This document shows positions 48,980 through 59,129 of a stretch of DNA of 64,000 nt, piece by piece. The stretch is from a candidate division WOR-3 bacterium (GTDB lineage Bacteria; Hydrothermota; Hydrothermia; JBDRYB01), in contig JBDRYB010000001.1 in the NCBI GenBank assembly GCA_039803205.1, forward strand, positions 377,913-441,912, written 5' to 3'. The position numbers were made by a program, and so were the translations under genes. Each line of letters starts with the position of its first letter. The stretch's first letter is position 1. Under the pieces are notes generated by a model that saw nothing but the letters and a program-made list of their open reading frames with translations, had not been told where the DNA came from and did not search any database.

Positions 48980-50539
48980 CTAGTAGAGCCCCTGAACCTG
49001 CTTGTCCTTTGGCCACTCAACGGAGAAGCTTATCTTGGCCTCCCACTTGTCAAGCGCCTTCATCTTTAAGGTCCAGGAGTATATCTTCTTGTCCTTGTCC
49101 TCGGAGTCTGGCTTTGGCTCTATCTTTACCCCTGAGACAGTTATGTCCTTTGTCTTCGGAAGGGGAACCGCCTCATAGAGAACCAGGGTTATCCCCTTCT
49201 TGAGGTAGTTTTCAACCGTTATCTTGTATCCGAGCTCAATCTTGCGCTTATTCCCGAATATCCCCGCCTTGCTCTTGAGCTCCTTGAGGGGCTCGCGTGT
49301 TATCTTTATCCTCTCGTCAGCGCCAAACGCGAGGGTGTCTGCCTGACCAGGAGCGAAATCCGGAAGGTATGTCTTCCCAGTATATTCATCACCAACATAG
49401 AGGAGACACTCTCCGGGAAGATAATGGAAATCAGAGCTGTTCTCAAAGGCACCCGTCAAGTATGCGGTTGGATCAAGCCTCGGATAAGCGTAGAACTCAA
49501 ACTGGGCCGGGAACTCATCGGATGTCACGAGTATCTTCCTCGGTTCCTCGCCGGTCTTAACGGTGAGCCTTTCCCTTATGGGATAGAGCAAGGATACGCC
49601 CGTTTCAACCGGAGGGAGAGGGGCTTCTTCCATTTCCACTTCCTCTTCTGCCATGGTGGGGGCTGCCCTCGGGGCCATTTTTTCGTATCCCCCATAGCCA
49701 TAGTAAGGTTCATAAATGTCCACATACCACGGCTCAAGCGGCGGTGCCTGGCGGATACTGGGCTTCGTGGTTGAGAGGACCATCCTCACATTCTTCCAAT
49801 CCTCTCCTGTTTTCTGCCAGATAAGGGCGTTGAATACTAATTCAACCTTCTCGTTTTCTGGGAGCGCTCGGAGCTCGTAGCTAGGTGCCCAACCAGCTCC
49901 ATAAGGAACTATGTAGCTTATTCCGAATTTGTAGCTCCCTGCCTTTGTTACTCTCACGGAAACTTCCACGCTCTTGCGGGTCTTTACGAACTCCTGTTCG
50001 GCATATAGCTTCTGCTGATAGGCATTGAGGGTATCGTTCAGGGCTGGCAGGAGCCTATCTATCTCCCTTCTGCGCGCCCTTACCTTTGCCATCTCAGCCC
50101 CTAGAAAGTCAAGGCCAGCCTGCCAGCTCTTCGCGTCAACCCTTCCGGAAATGAGTTCCTGCGAGGCTATCTGCGGCCCCCCAACTTCTATGGAAGAGAG
50201 ATACTTCTCCTTAGCGGAAAGAACATCCTTCTCATCGTTCAGGGCCTTTATCCTCTCCTGATAAAGCTTTACGGTGTCCTCAAGGGCTTTTATTCTGGAC
50301 GAGGGCTCCCTCATATAGCCCTGAACAACCTTTACCTCGCTTATCTTAACCCCTGAGGGGCTTTCCAGCCTGAGAGAAGCCTCGTCAAGGCCCCCCGGAA
50401 GGTCTTCAAACCTTATGACCGTGTCTCCTCCCAGGTTCACGGTCGCTACCCTGTGTATGTAGGCACCCGATGGATAAACGACCACCGAGTCCGGAGCCGA
50501 GCTCACTGATATGAGTATGGCGGATGCTATTCCAAACAT
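48980..50539 (-). CDS. DUF4140/DUF4139 (MuiA-like) protein
   Basis: SVVVYPSGA...LP..LDE.SLR, W.PSY, QKTGEDWKNV..LST. Confidence 0.85.
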   Translation of the reverse strand: MFGIASAILISVSSAPDSVVVYPSGAYIHRVATVNLGGDTVIRFEDLPGGLDEASLRLESPSGVKISEVKVVQGYMREPSSRIKALEDTVKLYQERIKALNDEKDVLSAKEKYLSSIEVGGPQIASQELISGRVDAKSWQAGLDFLGAEMAKVRARRREIDRLLPALNDTLNAYQQKLYAEQEFVKTRKSVEVSVRVTKAGSYKFGISYIVPYGAGWAPSYELRALPENEKVELVFNALIWQKTGEDWKNVRMVLSTTKPSIRQAPPLEPWYVDIYEPYYGYGGYEKMAPRAAPTMAEEEVEMEEAPLPPVETGVSLLYPIRERLTVKTGEEPRKILVTSDEFPAQFEFYAYPRLDPTAYLTGAFENSSDFHYLPGECLLYVGDEYTGKTYLPDFAPGQADTLAFGADERIKITREPLKELKSKAGIFGNKRKIELGYKITVENYLKKGITLVLYEAVPLPKTKDITVSGVKIEPKPDSEDKDKKIYSWTLKMKALDKWEAKISFSVEWPKDKQVQGLY

Positions 50540-50601
50540 CTCAGTCTCCTTGTTGTTTTGCATAGTTTAAGGCATAGCGCGGCCCAGAGACAAGGATCAC
50601 C

Positions 50602-50629
50602 AAAAAAGCCGGATGGGAGGCATCCGGCT
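50602..50629 (-). terminator. Intrinsic terminator
   Basis: AGCCGGATG-ggagg-CATCCGGCT with A6 on the left. Confidence 0.75.
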
Positions 50630-50651
50630 CTATTTTCACTATAGAATTCCC

Positions 50652-51431
50652 TCAGAACTCAGCCAGGCCGAGATAGTGAGAGAGGAGTTGGGTGATGAAT
50701 ATCCTCTCGTTTCTCACATAAAGGCTGTCCATCGTGTATTCCTTGATGGTTGCCCCCGCAGGAACATTGTATTTCTCAGGGGGTATGGGAACATTATCCT
50801 TTACCTCTGTCGCGTCCATGATGATGGTCTTGCCCTGTGGGGAGAGGAACTCGGTCCCGAGCACTATCTTTTTCCAGACGAACAGCCTCATGTCCCCGTT
50901 CATGAGCTTATAGACCTCGCACTGCTTGCCAGCGACGGTCTTGCGCACCCCGGACTCCTCGGTCATATTAACCAGATAGTCCCTGTAAGCGAGGCCCAGG
51001 TTCATCTGTTTTGAGAACTTCTCTATCTTTGGGCCCAAGGTCAGGCGCTCGTTGGCGGGAGTCATATCCCATATCTGCTTCAGGGTGAGAAACATCAGGT
51101 TCGGGCGCTTTGAGCCCTCCATCTTGTTCATGTTGATGGAGATGATGTAGTCCGGCATGATTATGTCCAAGCCCTTCAGGGTCATCTTTGTGCCATGGGC
51201 AGGGGTCTTCTCGTAGTATATTACCTGCTTCCAGCCGTAGTCATCAAAGTAGAGCTCCTGAATGCCCTCCATATCTCCGCTATACTTATACTTGATTATG
51301 CCGCTCTTGATGTCGTATGGCCTGTATATCTCCTCAAGCTTGGCCTTGGTGTAGTCTATCTTCTTGCCGCACCCGGCGGCCAGAAGAACTGCCAACCATG
51401 CAAACAAGCCCGTTGCCGCAAATCTCTTCAT
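50652..51431 (-). CDS. Hypothetical lipoprotein
   Basis: LAAGC lipobox; YFDDYG, VAGKQC. Confidence 0.7.
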   Translation of the reverse strand: MKRFAATGLFAWLAVLLAAGCGKKIDYTKAKLEEIYRPYDIKSGIIKYKYSGDMEGIQELYFDDYGWKQVIYYEKTPAHGTKMTLKGLDIIMPDYIISINMNKMEGSKRPNLMFLTLKQIWDMTPANERLTLGPKIEKFSKQMNLGLAYRDYLVNMTEESGVRKTVAGKQCEVYKLMNGDMRLFVWKKIVLGTEFLSPQGKTIIMDATEVKDNVPIPPEKYNVPAGATIKEYTMDSLYVRNERIFITQLLSHYLGLAEF

Positions 51432-51515
51432 TTGTAAAAACCTCCTTGGTTTCGCGCTGGTAATTTTAATGGCCCCGCGCGGACAGATGCAAGCTAAAAC
51501 CCGAGGGGTTCGATC

Positions 51516-51986
51516 TCAGTGGATCACCTCTTCCTTCTCTATGCCCCTGAAAACCTCTTTGAAGTCCTTCCCCACCAGAAGGGTGACCTCAAGGAGCCTG
51601 TCTGGATCAGGCTCATAGGTTATCTCTTTTACTCCAATAGCGCCAGCAAGGGCTTTCGCGTTTGCCATGGATGAATCAATCCTCTCTATGACGACCGTTT
51701 TGGCTATGGTATCCGTCGCGTTGCCGTAATAAACCACATCAAAACCCATGGCCCTGAGACGCCATGTCACCTTTTTTGCCAATCCTGGTTCCCCGGCCGC
51801 GTTAAGAACCTCAACCCTTATCCCAGGGAAAACCTCGGTTCTCATCCTTTCAACCTCACGCTTGCGGTTTGTCTGCCAGATGTTCCATCCACTGTAGCCA
51901 AGGAGTCCGAGGGTAACAAGGCCAATTAAGACCCCGACCAGAGGCTTCCAGCCAAACATGTGAGGTTTTTTTCTGTTATCTGACAT
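51516..51986 (-). CDS. LytR C-terminal domain membrane protein
   Basis: TM helix then VEVLNAAG.PGLA...GNA...VGKDF. Confidence 0.85.
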   Translation of the reverse strand: MSDNRKKPHMFGWKPLVGVLIGLVTLGLLGYSGWNIWQTNRKREVERMRTEVFPGIRVEVLNAAGEPGLAKKVTWRLRAMGFDVVYYGNATDTIAKTVVIERIDSSMANAKALAGAIGVKEITYEPDPDRLLEVTLLVGKDFKEVFRGIEKEEVIH

Positions 51987-52022
51987 TGCGCCGGGGCGAT
52001 CCTCTAAGGGTTTCTATCCCTA

Positions 52023-52113
52023 CGGAGAGGGCGGGATTTGAACCCGCGAGAGGGTTTTACCCCTCTACACGATTTCCAATCGTGTCCCTTCAGCCATGCT
52101 CGGGCACCTCTCC
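52023..52113 (-). tRNA. tRNA-Ser (GGA), CCA not encoded
   Basis: Minus strand GGAGAGG...CACGA-TT GGA AA-TCGTG, long variable arm, GGTTCAAATCC...CCTCTCCG. Confidence 0.97.
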
Positions 52114-52216
52114 AAAGGTTCATATGATAAAGAATTGATATAGGCCGGCGCAACCGCGCGCCGAGTTCGCTTATCGGAACCAAGAAAACGAGCTCAGGCT
52201 GGGAGCTCAAAGAGGC

Positions 52217-53197
52217 CTACTTCACGAAAACATCTTCGGCATGCCCATATGTATTGTAATACCCTGCCTCGTGCGGGGATGAAGGGTTAGAGATGTCTAT
52301 TATACAGAGGCCATAAGCTTCAGCTACCACATAAGCATAGCTCCCCAATACGGAAACACCAGCGGCAAAGCCCGGTATGCTGCAATATCCCACCTCGTAT
52401 GGGGATGAGGAATTAGAAATGTCTATTATCCGTAGGCCACCCTCATCAGCCGCCACATAAGCGTATCTCTCTGAGATGAAAACACCCATGGCATCGCCCG
52501 GTATGCTAGAATATCCTACCTCTTGCGGTTCTGAAGGGTTGGAGATGTCTATGATCCGTAGACCACGATACCCATCCGCAATATAAGCGTAGTCTCCTGA
52601 GACGAAAACACCATAGGCCAAGCCCGGCGTGTCGTAATAACCCACCTCGTATGGGGATGAAGGATTAGAGATGTCTATTATCCGGAGGCCGTAATTATAA
52701 TCCGCAATATAAGCGTAGTTTCCTGAGACAAAAACGCCCACGGCATCACCCTCCGTATCCCAATCCCCCACCTTGTATGGGGCCGAAGGATCAGAGATGT
52801 CTATTATCCAGAGGGCACGCTCCCCATCCGCCACATAAGCGTAGCCATTTGAGACGAAGACATCACACGCCTTATCCAGCGTCTCATGGTATCCCACCTC
52901 GCGCGGAGCCGTTGGATCTGAGATGTCTATTATCCGGAGGCCACAACCCCTATCCGCCACATAAGCGTAGCTCCCTGAGATGAAAACCCCCGAGGCCCAG
53001 TCCGGCGTATCGCAACGCCCTACCTCGCGCGGGGACGAGGGTTTGGAGATGTCTATTATACAGAAGCCATGCTCTCCATCCGACACATAAGCGTAGCTCC
53101 CAGAGCCCTCTTCTTCCTCATCCTTTGAGCAACCGAAAACTCCCAAGATGGGGATCATGCTAATACCTATGAGCAGTTTCAGATAGGCTCTCTTCAT
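52217..53197 (-). CDS. LVIVD-repeat lipoprotein (about seven 42-aa repeats)
   Basis: VFGC lipobox; repeated YAYVAD...GLRIIDIS.PS.P.EVG. Confidence 0.9.
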   Translation of the reverse strand: MKRAYLKLLIGISMIPILGVFGCSKDEEEEGSGSYAYVSDGEHGFCIIDISKPSSPREVGRCDTPDWASGVFISGSYAYVADRGCGLRIIDISDPTAPREVGYHETLDKACDVFVSNGYAYVADGERALWIIDISDPSAPYKVGDWDTEGDAVGVFVSGNYAYIADYNYGLRIIDISNPSSPYEVGYYDTPGLAYGVFVSGDYAYIADGYRGLRIIDISNPSEPQEVGYSSIPGDAMGVFISERYAYVAADEGGLRIIDISNSSSPYEVGYCSIPGFAAGVSVLGSYAYVVAEAYGLCIIDISNPSSPHEAGYYNTYGHAEDVFVK

Positions 53198-53416
53198 CTC
53201 GCTAACCTCCTAAAGTTAGCTCCAAAGGTATAAAGCAAACCAAAGAGGGGAGTAAAGTTTTCTCGTCTCGCGCGAGCCTTTCCCGGTCTGGTTTCAAGTT
53301 GTGTAATTGGCTCCAGAAATGAAGTTGGCCAATTTTTGGCAAAACTCTAGGGATCTAAAGTCTGTCCTTAAATTTAGCGATTTTTAAGGCAGTTTGGATG
53401 AAGGCTCCCTTTCTTC

Positions 53417-53446
53417 TTGATCCAACATATAGGTAGATGTTATAAT
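53417..53446 (+). promoter_or_regulatory. Sigma70 promoter of tRNA-Ile2
   Basis: TTGATC-18 nt-TATAAT with TGn extension. Confidence 0.6.
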
Positions 53447-53460
53447 ATGAACCTTCGGAA

Positions 53461-53533
53461 GGGCCTGTAGCTCAATCGGCAGAGCAGCGGACTCATAATC
53501 CGTTGGTTCCAGGTTCAAGTCCTGGCGGGCCCA
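53461..53533 (+). tRNA. tRNA with CAT anticodon, most likely tRNA-Ile2 (lysidine-modified)
   Basis: GGGCCTG/CGGGCCC acceptor, GCGGA-CT CAT AA-TCCGT; lacks initiator features; Ile2-like body. Confidence 0.88.
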
Positions 53534-53643
53534 GATAGATTTCGTGCGGGTTTCTAGGATTGGGAGTTTCTCGCCTTTACCCCCCTTGTGCCAAATTTGT
53601 GCCAACTCTTCCCGGAGCCACAGTATCCAAAAAACCAGGACTT

Positions 53644-54571
53644 CTAATCCTGGCATTTTTTGTCTCCGTTGAAGCTCAGCGGGTCAACGGCTTTTTTCAG
53701 GGACCTGGTCGTGAGGTGGCTATATCGCATCGTCATCTCTATACGCTTGTGCCCCAAAATCTCCTGTAAAACCCTTATATCGACTCCGCTCATCGCCATG
53801 TGGGAGGCAAAGGTATGCCTGAGATCGTGGAACCGGAAACCCCGGACGCCGGCCCTCTTCAGGAGCTTTCTCCACCTGGGATCAATCGTCCAGATATGGC
53901 CCATCTTTGCATGGCCAGGGAACAGGAAGTCGCTTTCGCGTGGTAGCATAGAAAGGATATTTTTGACCTCCGTGTGCATGGGCACCTGTCTGGGCTTCTC
54001 GTTCTTGCTCCTCTCAACACGGATGATTCCCTCACGGAAGTCCACCTGGGACCATTTCAAGGAAAGGATCTCCAGGCGCCTCATACCTGAGTAGAGAGCA
54101 ATTATGACTGTCACCCTGAACCAGACTGGTTCCTGCTCTAACTCTTGAATCAGCCTTGAAACCTCTTCATCGCTCAGAAACCGGAGACGCGGGGTTTCCT
54201 TGGCCATCTTGATACCCTGTAGAGGATTGGCAAGGGCGTGATTCCACTCCACAACCAGACGAAACATGTGTCTCATAAAGGCTAGCTCTCTGTTCACCGA
54301 CATGCAGACTACTCGTGATGTCCCTCTGGTATGAGCTCGGTTTTTTGGTAACCCTGGAATGGGACAGATAGGGGTCAATGAGATTAGCCATGGGTATAGC
54401 CCTTACGCTTGGTTTCTCGCCAGCTCTTTCCCCCTCAACCTCGTCCAGCACCCTGCGGAGAATCTTCTCAGCGCCGGCTTTCGTCCTGCTGGCAACCTTT
54501 CTCCTTCGTATTCCCAATGCATCAGTATAGTCTATGCACCAGGAATCGCCTCGTCTGAACACTCTAGCCAT
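53644..54571 (-). pseudogene. Tyrosine integrase, frameshifted with internal deletion near 54300
   Basis: N-terminal arm-binding part (MARVFRRGDSWCIDY) in one frame; VNRELA and the catalytic R-K-HDLRH-LGH-Y in another. Confidence 0.85.
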
Positions 54572-54818
54572 GGTAGTCCTCCCTGGTCTGCGAGGGTGTC
54601 AACTCCCTCATATCTTTTATACCAGGGAAAACCCCGGTTTTTTGCGTCCCTGGTTTTGGTCCCATCTGCTCTAGCCAAGCGTTGATTTCTTCCAGGCTGA
54701 AACGATCCAGACGACCTATTTTCAGGTGTGGGAGCTCTCCCCTGGCAACCCGTTTCCAGACGGTCTTTTTGCTCTCGCCTGTGATCTCAGCGACCTGTTC
54801 GGCTGTCAGTAGTCGCAC
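54564..54818 (-). CDS. Excisionase-like HTH protein
   Basis: LLTAEQVAE...TVWKRV.RGELPHLKIGR..RF. Confidence 0.75.
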   Translation of the reverse strand: MRLLTAEQVAEITGESKKTVWKRVARGELPHLKIGRLDRFSLEEINAWLEQMGPKPGTQKTGVFPGIKDMRELTPSQTREDYHG

Positions 54819-55021
54819 GGTGAATATTGCTCCACGGCGGAGTTCCTCGCCTGGCACTTCATCCAGAAGAGTATGTCCGTCCGACGAAATCTTATCCTGG
54901 GCCTCTGCCCATTGCCCAATCTCAGGTGTGGAAGAGTCCCTTCCGCCACCATCTCGTATATTGTCTTCCGGCTCAGCCGCCAGCACCTGGCAAGCTGAGT
55001 CGGGGTAAGCAACTGCTCTAT
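54806..55021 (-). CDS. Second excisionase-like HTH protein; apparent start codon is ATA (possibly inactivated)
   Basis: EQLLTP.QLA....SRKTIYEMV..G.LP.LRLG...IRF; GGAG 8 nt before ATA at 55021. Confidence 0.6.
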   Translation of the reverse strand: MEQLLTPTQLARCWRLSRKTIYEMVAEGTLPHLRLGNGQRPRIRFRRTDILFWMKCQARNSAVEQYSPCDY

Positions 55022-55222
55022 AAACAAATCTCCAAAGCCTATTGTCAGGGGCCAGGACAAACCATCTACCTCCCAATGTAGACGAAGATGAACCACCCTG
55101 ATTCCCGGTTATTCTGCCCTTGTAATGTCCTAAGTCCTTGCCCATCAAGACCATGCAACCATGCTATCATACTACCTCTTCTTGGCATCTTCTAAGTCCT
55201 TGACCCACAAAGACTTAGGCCG

Positions 55223-55377
55223 AAGTGCCGATGGCCCAAGAACTTAGCTGAGCTAAAATGCGGAATTCTCTGATTTTATAGGGAAGATCTGGATTGATGA
55301 TTTCTGGTTCCGGAGGCCAAAATGCCGGTTTTAGGCCCAGCTAGGGCCAAAACAGGGAAAAATATACTAATCAGATC
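55223..55377 (+). repeat. Intergenic element, inverted homolog of 61839-61943
   Basis: AAGTGCCGATGnCCCAAGnACTTAGCT and AATGCCGGTTTTnGGCCCAGCnnnGGCCAAAA blocks shared. Confidence 0.75.
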
Positions 55378-55502
55378 AGGCTATCGTTGATGCAGTGAAG
55401 GTTATGGGGCATCATAAGGATGAGGGAAGCTCTGGGGAGGATTAAGCTTGACCGGCCATAGGTAATGGCTTATACTTTTCAGAACCTTAAAGGAGAGGAG
55501 GT

Positions 55503-58121
55503 ATGATTTATTTGCTTTTGCTTGTTCTTTTCGAGACGGGGCCCATTGCTATTCTGGTTCAGGATGAGGTTAGGCCAGGAATTCAGACCTCACTTGATGT
55601 CTATTTGGCTGACCTTGCAAATGAAGGCTACCGGCCTATAGTAGTAGAAGTGTCCAAAACGGACTCTTGCCAGATTATAAGAACAATACTTCAAGGACTT
55701 TATTCATCGGCTGGCATAGAGGGGGCTGTTCTCATTGGCGACATAGAGGTCGCTAAGTACTTGAAATTTAGCCTTGATTACGCTTACACGGACCTTTATT
55801 ACATGGATCTGGATGGGATGTGGATAGACGAAAATGGGGACGGGATATTTGATTTGCATACAGGAAACAAGGAGCCGGAGATATGGGTTGGCAGGCTAGA
55901 TTGTGCTACATTAAGTTTCAATGGCGCCAACCAAGTTGATCTTCTGAATGCTTATCTCCTAAGGAACCACAACTATCGCTCAGGCGTTACACATCTTTCC
56001 GAGAAAGCCCTCATCTTCCTTGATGACGATGATCAGTCTTTCGGTCACGATACAATTATTCCCCGTTATCTCGATCCGGTTTTCTGGCAGAAGGTTCTGG
56101 TATCAGGCCATGACTCAACGGATGCGGAACATTACTCAACAATGCTTGGATATACTTATGGTTTGATCTGGGTAGGCGCTCATTCCGTTGCTACTGCCCA
56201 CTATTTTACCTCTGACACAGGCTATTCAATATTCAGAAGCATCCAGCTCCCAGACATAGATCCGCAGACACCCTTTTATTTTGTGGACGGATGTAGCACT
56301 GGAGGGTTTGAGTCTCCTGATTATCTGAGCGGTTGGTATGTGTTTAACCCAGAAGGCGGTGGCCTTTTGGCCCTGGCTGGGACATATGGATTCACAATGG
56401 TTCACAGTAGCATATTCTTTGAAGTGCTCGGAGCCGGGAAAACCTTTGGCGAAGCCCTCAAAGAGTGGTATGAGAAAGTAGGTATTATCAGCGGGAATTT
56501 TTATGTGAACCTTCTCCTCGGCGACCCCACCCTGCGCCTGCGCCGTGAGATGGCTAGGAGGGAAGTCCTTTTCTATGACCAGGCCGGAGACCTTGACCTC
56601 ACGCCGGATCCTGGCGAGACCCTTCAGGTCTATGTGAAGCTGAGGAACCAGACAGAGAACCAGACCATAACGGGAATAACGGCAAAGCTCTCCTGCGGGA
56701 ATGGCCTGATAACCGTGCTTGACTCCATGGCCTTCTACGGGGATTTCGCTCCAGGGGGTGAGAGGATAAACTCCACGCCATTCAGGATCGCAATATCCCC
56801 ATCAGCCCAGAGGGGCCTGAGGATCCCGATTGACACGAGGATAAGCTCAACAGATGGCCGTGAGTGGCTAACAGGGTTTTACTTAAACATAGAAAAACCT
56901 TATCTCACTTACTTCTGGCAGATGTGGGATGACCCGGACGGGAACCTTGACCCAGGAGAGACATCTCCCCTTTATGTCCAGATACTCTACGATACCCTCT
57001 GGGCCTCAGGGGATACTGGGAAGGTTGGGGCCTGCGCCAGCAATGTCAGGGGAATTCTGAGGAGCCTTGACACGGCAATAACGGTCATAGACTCCATAGC
57101 AAACTACGGGATAGTCTCATGGGGAGCGAGAGCTTGGCCAACTGACCCGTTCAGGCTGAGAGCCTCCTCAGGGATAACCCAAAGCCCTTATCCTGCCCTT
57201 CTTGAGCTTGAGCTCAGGACAAACGAGGGAGAACCCCAGCTGGATACCTTCTCAATCACCGTTGGGGATTATCCCTACTTCTACGATGACTTTGAGTCAG
57301 GGGCAAAGGGATGGCTCCACGAACCCCTCCTTCCTGGCTGGAACGACGAATGGCACCTTGAGGATTACAGGCACAACTCAGGGGGGTGGAGTTGGAAGTG
57401 CGGGGGAGGTGCAGATGGCGGATACGGCACTTTGGACGGATGTATTCTTGAATCACCGCCGGTGCTTATTGGAGAGAATTGGGCTATGATTCTTTGGTAT
57501 TATGTTGATGTCTACAAGTTTGAAGGCATCCACGATATTCCTCCGTGCTATTCCGACGGCGGCTTCGTAGAGGTGAATTCAGGGGAGACATGGAATCTTT
57601 TGGAACCCGTTGGTGGTTATCCAGCGATGATTTACATCAACAGCAACAATTACGGACTCCACCCGAAGCCAGGCATCGGAGGGTCTGATTATGGTTGGAA
57701 CAGCCTTATTTTCCCCCTGAATAGTCTCACGGGGAGAAATCTCCAGTTCCGTATAACATTCTTCTCTACAGAAGATGGTGGATATTCCAAGGAAGGCCTC
57801 TACATTGACGACTTCTATGTGGGCCCCGCGACGGGCATAGCCGAGGGGCCTAAAGGCCGGAGTTTTTCGCTTTCCGTGGCTCCAAACCCCGCCAAAGGCA
57901 AGGTAAAGATAAGCTTCACGGTTCCCGATGGCGTGCCCTATTCCCTCAAGCTCTATGACCCAGCAGGGAGGATGGTCGGGGTGATACACGAAGGCCCAGG
58001 GCGCGAGGGCCCTGGGTTAACCGGAGAGATACACTGGGAGCCAGATCTGAGGCCAGGGGTCTATTTCCTGAGGCTTGAGGCAGGGGGAAGGGCTCTAACA
58101 GAGAAGATGGTAATCAAATAG
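55503..58121 (+). CDS. Peptidase C25 (gingipain-like) with Ig-like repeats, carbohydrate-binding-like module and T9SS CTD
   Basis: GAVLIGD, TDLYYMDLDG, PEIWVGRL, GAHS/DGC dyad, NLLLGDP; CTD APNP...LYDPAGR...GVYFL. Confidence 0.85.
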   Translation: MIYLLLLVLFETGPIAILVQDEVRPGIQTSLDVYLADLANEGYRPIVVEVSKTDSCQIIRTILQGLYSSAGIEGAVLIGDIEVAKYLKFSLDYAYTDLYYMDLDGMWIDENGDGIFDLHTGNKEPEIWVGRLDCATLSFNGANQVDLLNAYLLRNHNYRSGVTHLSEKALIFLDDDDQSFGHDTIIPRYLDPVFWQKVLVSGHDSTDAEHYSTMLGYTYGLIWVGAHSVATAHYFTSDTGYSIFRSIQLPDIDPQTPFYFVDGCSTGGFESPDYLSGWYVFNPEGGGLLALAGTYGFTMVHSSIFFEVLGAGKTFGEALKEWYEKVGIISGNFYVNLLLGDPTLRLRREMARREVLFYDQAGDLDLTPDPGETLQVYVKLRNQTENQTITGITAKLSCGNGLITVLDSMAFYGDFAPGGERINSTPFRIAISPSAQRGLRIPIDTRISSTDGREWLTGFYLNIEKPYLTYFWQMWDDPDGNLDPGETSPLYVQILYDTLWASGDTGKVGACASNVRGILRSLDTAITVIDSIANYGIVSWGARAWPTDPFRLRASSGITQSPYPALLELELRTNEGEPQLDTFSITVGDYPYFYDDFESGAKGWLHEPLLPGWNDEWHLEDYRHNSGGWSWKCGGGADGGYGTLDGCILESPPVLIGENWAMILWYYVDVYKFEGIHDIPPCYSDGGFVEVNSGETWNLLEPVGGYPAMIYINSNNYGLHPKPGIGGSDYGWNSLIFPLNSLTGRNLQFRITFFSTEDGGYSKEGLYIDDFYVGPATGIAEGPKGRSFSLSVAPNPAKGKVKISFTVPDGVPYSLKLYDPAGRMVGVIHEGPGREGPGLTGEIHWEPDLRPGVYFLRLEAGGRALTEKMVIK

Positions 58122-58127
58122 CTTTGC

Positions 58128-59129
58128 CTATTCCCCGCCTCTGGTGTGAAGCGCTATCTCCCTCTTTATCTCAGTAAGGAGACCCCCATCGTGAAGCCTT
58201 CTCAGGGTGAGTATGGCGTTCTTTATTGCCCTTGGGCCTGACCTGCCGTGGCATATCATAACGAGGCCGTTCACTCCCAACAGGGGCGCTCCTCCGTATT
58301 CCTCGAAATCAACCTTCCGGAGAAGGCCCTTTATTGCCCTCCTCATCAGCATGGCGCCGAGATATGTCTCTGGTTTGCCCCTCATCTCTTCCTTGAGGAA
58401 TCCAAAAACAGCCGAGGCGAGGCCTTCGCCGAACTTGAGGATGACATTCCCGACAAACCCGTCCATCACGACGACATCTGCCTTCTGGGTCAGAAGCTCG
58501 TGGCCCTCAACAAAACCGATGAAGTTTAGCCCGCTTTCGGCGAGAAGCCTCTGGGTGGCGAGAACAAGAGCGTTGCCCTTCACGGATTCCTCCCCGATAT
58601 TCAGTATTCCAACCTTGGGGTTCTCGGTGCCGAAGAGATGCTTGTGCGCGAGAACTCCCATTATCGCGAACTGTTCGAGCTGAACGGGTTTGACATCAAG
58701 GTTCGCGCCGACATCAATAACCAGGCAATAACCGCCTCCCCTTCTCGGAAAGAAGGCCGCGATGCCAGGCCTTTTAACTCCCTCAAGGGTCTTTAGGGTC
58801 ATGAGGGAAAAAGCCATGACAGCGCCAGTGTTCCCAGCGGAAAGGAACGCGTCCCCCTTTGATTCGGAGAGGAGCCTGAGCCCAATCCCCAGGGAGGATT
58901 CCTTCTTGTATCTCAGAGCATCCGTTGGCTTCTCATGGGCCCCAACCCTCTCTGGCGCATCAACTATTTCAAGTCCTTCTGGGACACCCTTGAGCCTCTC
59001 CGAGATGACCCTCGCGTCTCCCACCAGTGTCACGGAGAGCCCGTTTGATTCCGCCAAAGCAGAAATAGCACCCTCTATCTCAGGCAATGGAGCCTCATCC
59101 GTGCCCCAGGCGTCAAGTATGACCCTCAT
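58128..59129 (-). CDS. plsX: Phosphate acyltransferase PlsX
   Basis: LDAWG.D.AP, SAGNTGA, RP.IA, DVGAN, DGFVGN, GGAPLLGV, HGRS. Confidence 0.95.
   Translation of the reverse strand: MRVILDAWGTDEAPLPEIEGAISALAESNGLSVTLVGDARVISERLKGVPEGLEIVDAPERVGAHEKPTDALRYKKESSLGIGLRLLSESKGDAFLSAGNTGAVMAFSLMTLKTLEGVKRPGIAAFFPRRGGGYCLVIDVGANLDVKPVQLEQFAIMGVLAHKHLFGTENPKVGILNIGEESVKGNALVLATQRLLAESGLNFIGFVEGHELLTQKADVVVMDGFVGNVILKFGEGLASAVFGFLKEEMRGKPETYLGAMLMRRAIKGLLRKVDFEEYGGAPLLGVNGLVMICHGRSGPRAIKNAILTLRRLHDGGLLTEIKREIALHTRGGE

Larger units (their letters stand above)
53534..55250. mobile_element. Decayed tRNA-associated integrative element (right boundary uncertain)
   Basis: Arm-type repeats TTGTGCCAA x2 (53586, 53597), broken integrase, two excisionase-like HTH genes, IHF-like sites. 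Confidence 0.7.

Noticed and set aside
52217..53100. Regular repeats as a CRISPR array or DGR target
   Set aside because: The period is 126 nt, in frame within an LVIVD protein; there are no unique spacers, cas genes or reverse transcriptase in the window
53461..53533. Initiator tRNA-fMet
   Set aside because: It has a G1-C72 pair and lacks the three consecutive G-C pairs in the anticodon stem; elongator Met is not fully excluded
54290..54310. Programmed frameshift restoring the integrase
   Set aside because: No slippery sequence, and part of the core-binding domain appears to be missing at the junction
54819..55154. N-terminal extension of the 196-aa ORF 54564-55154
   Set aside because: It overlaps the second HTH gene in another frame; only the last ~84 aa look like a real protein
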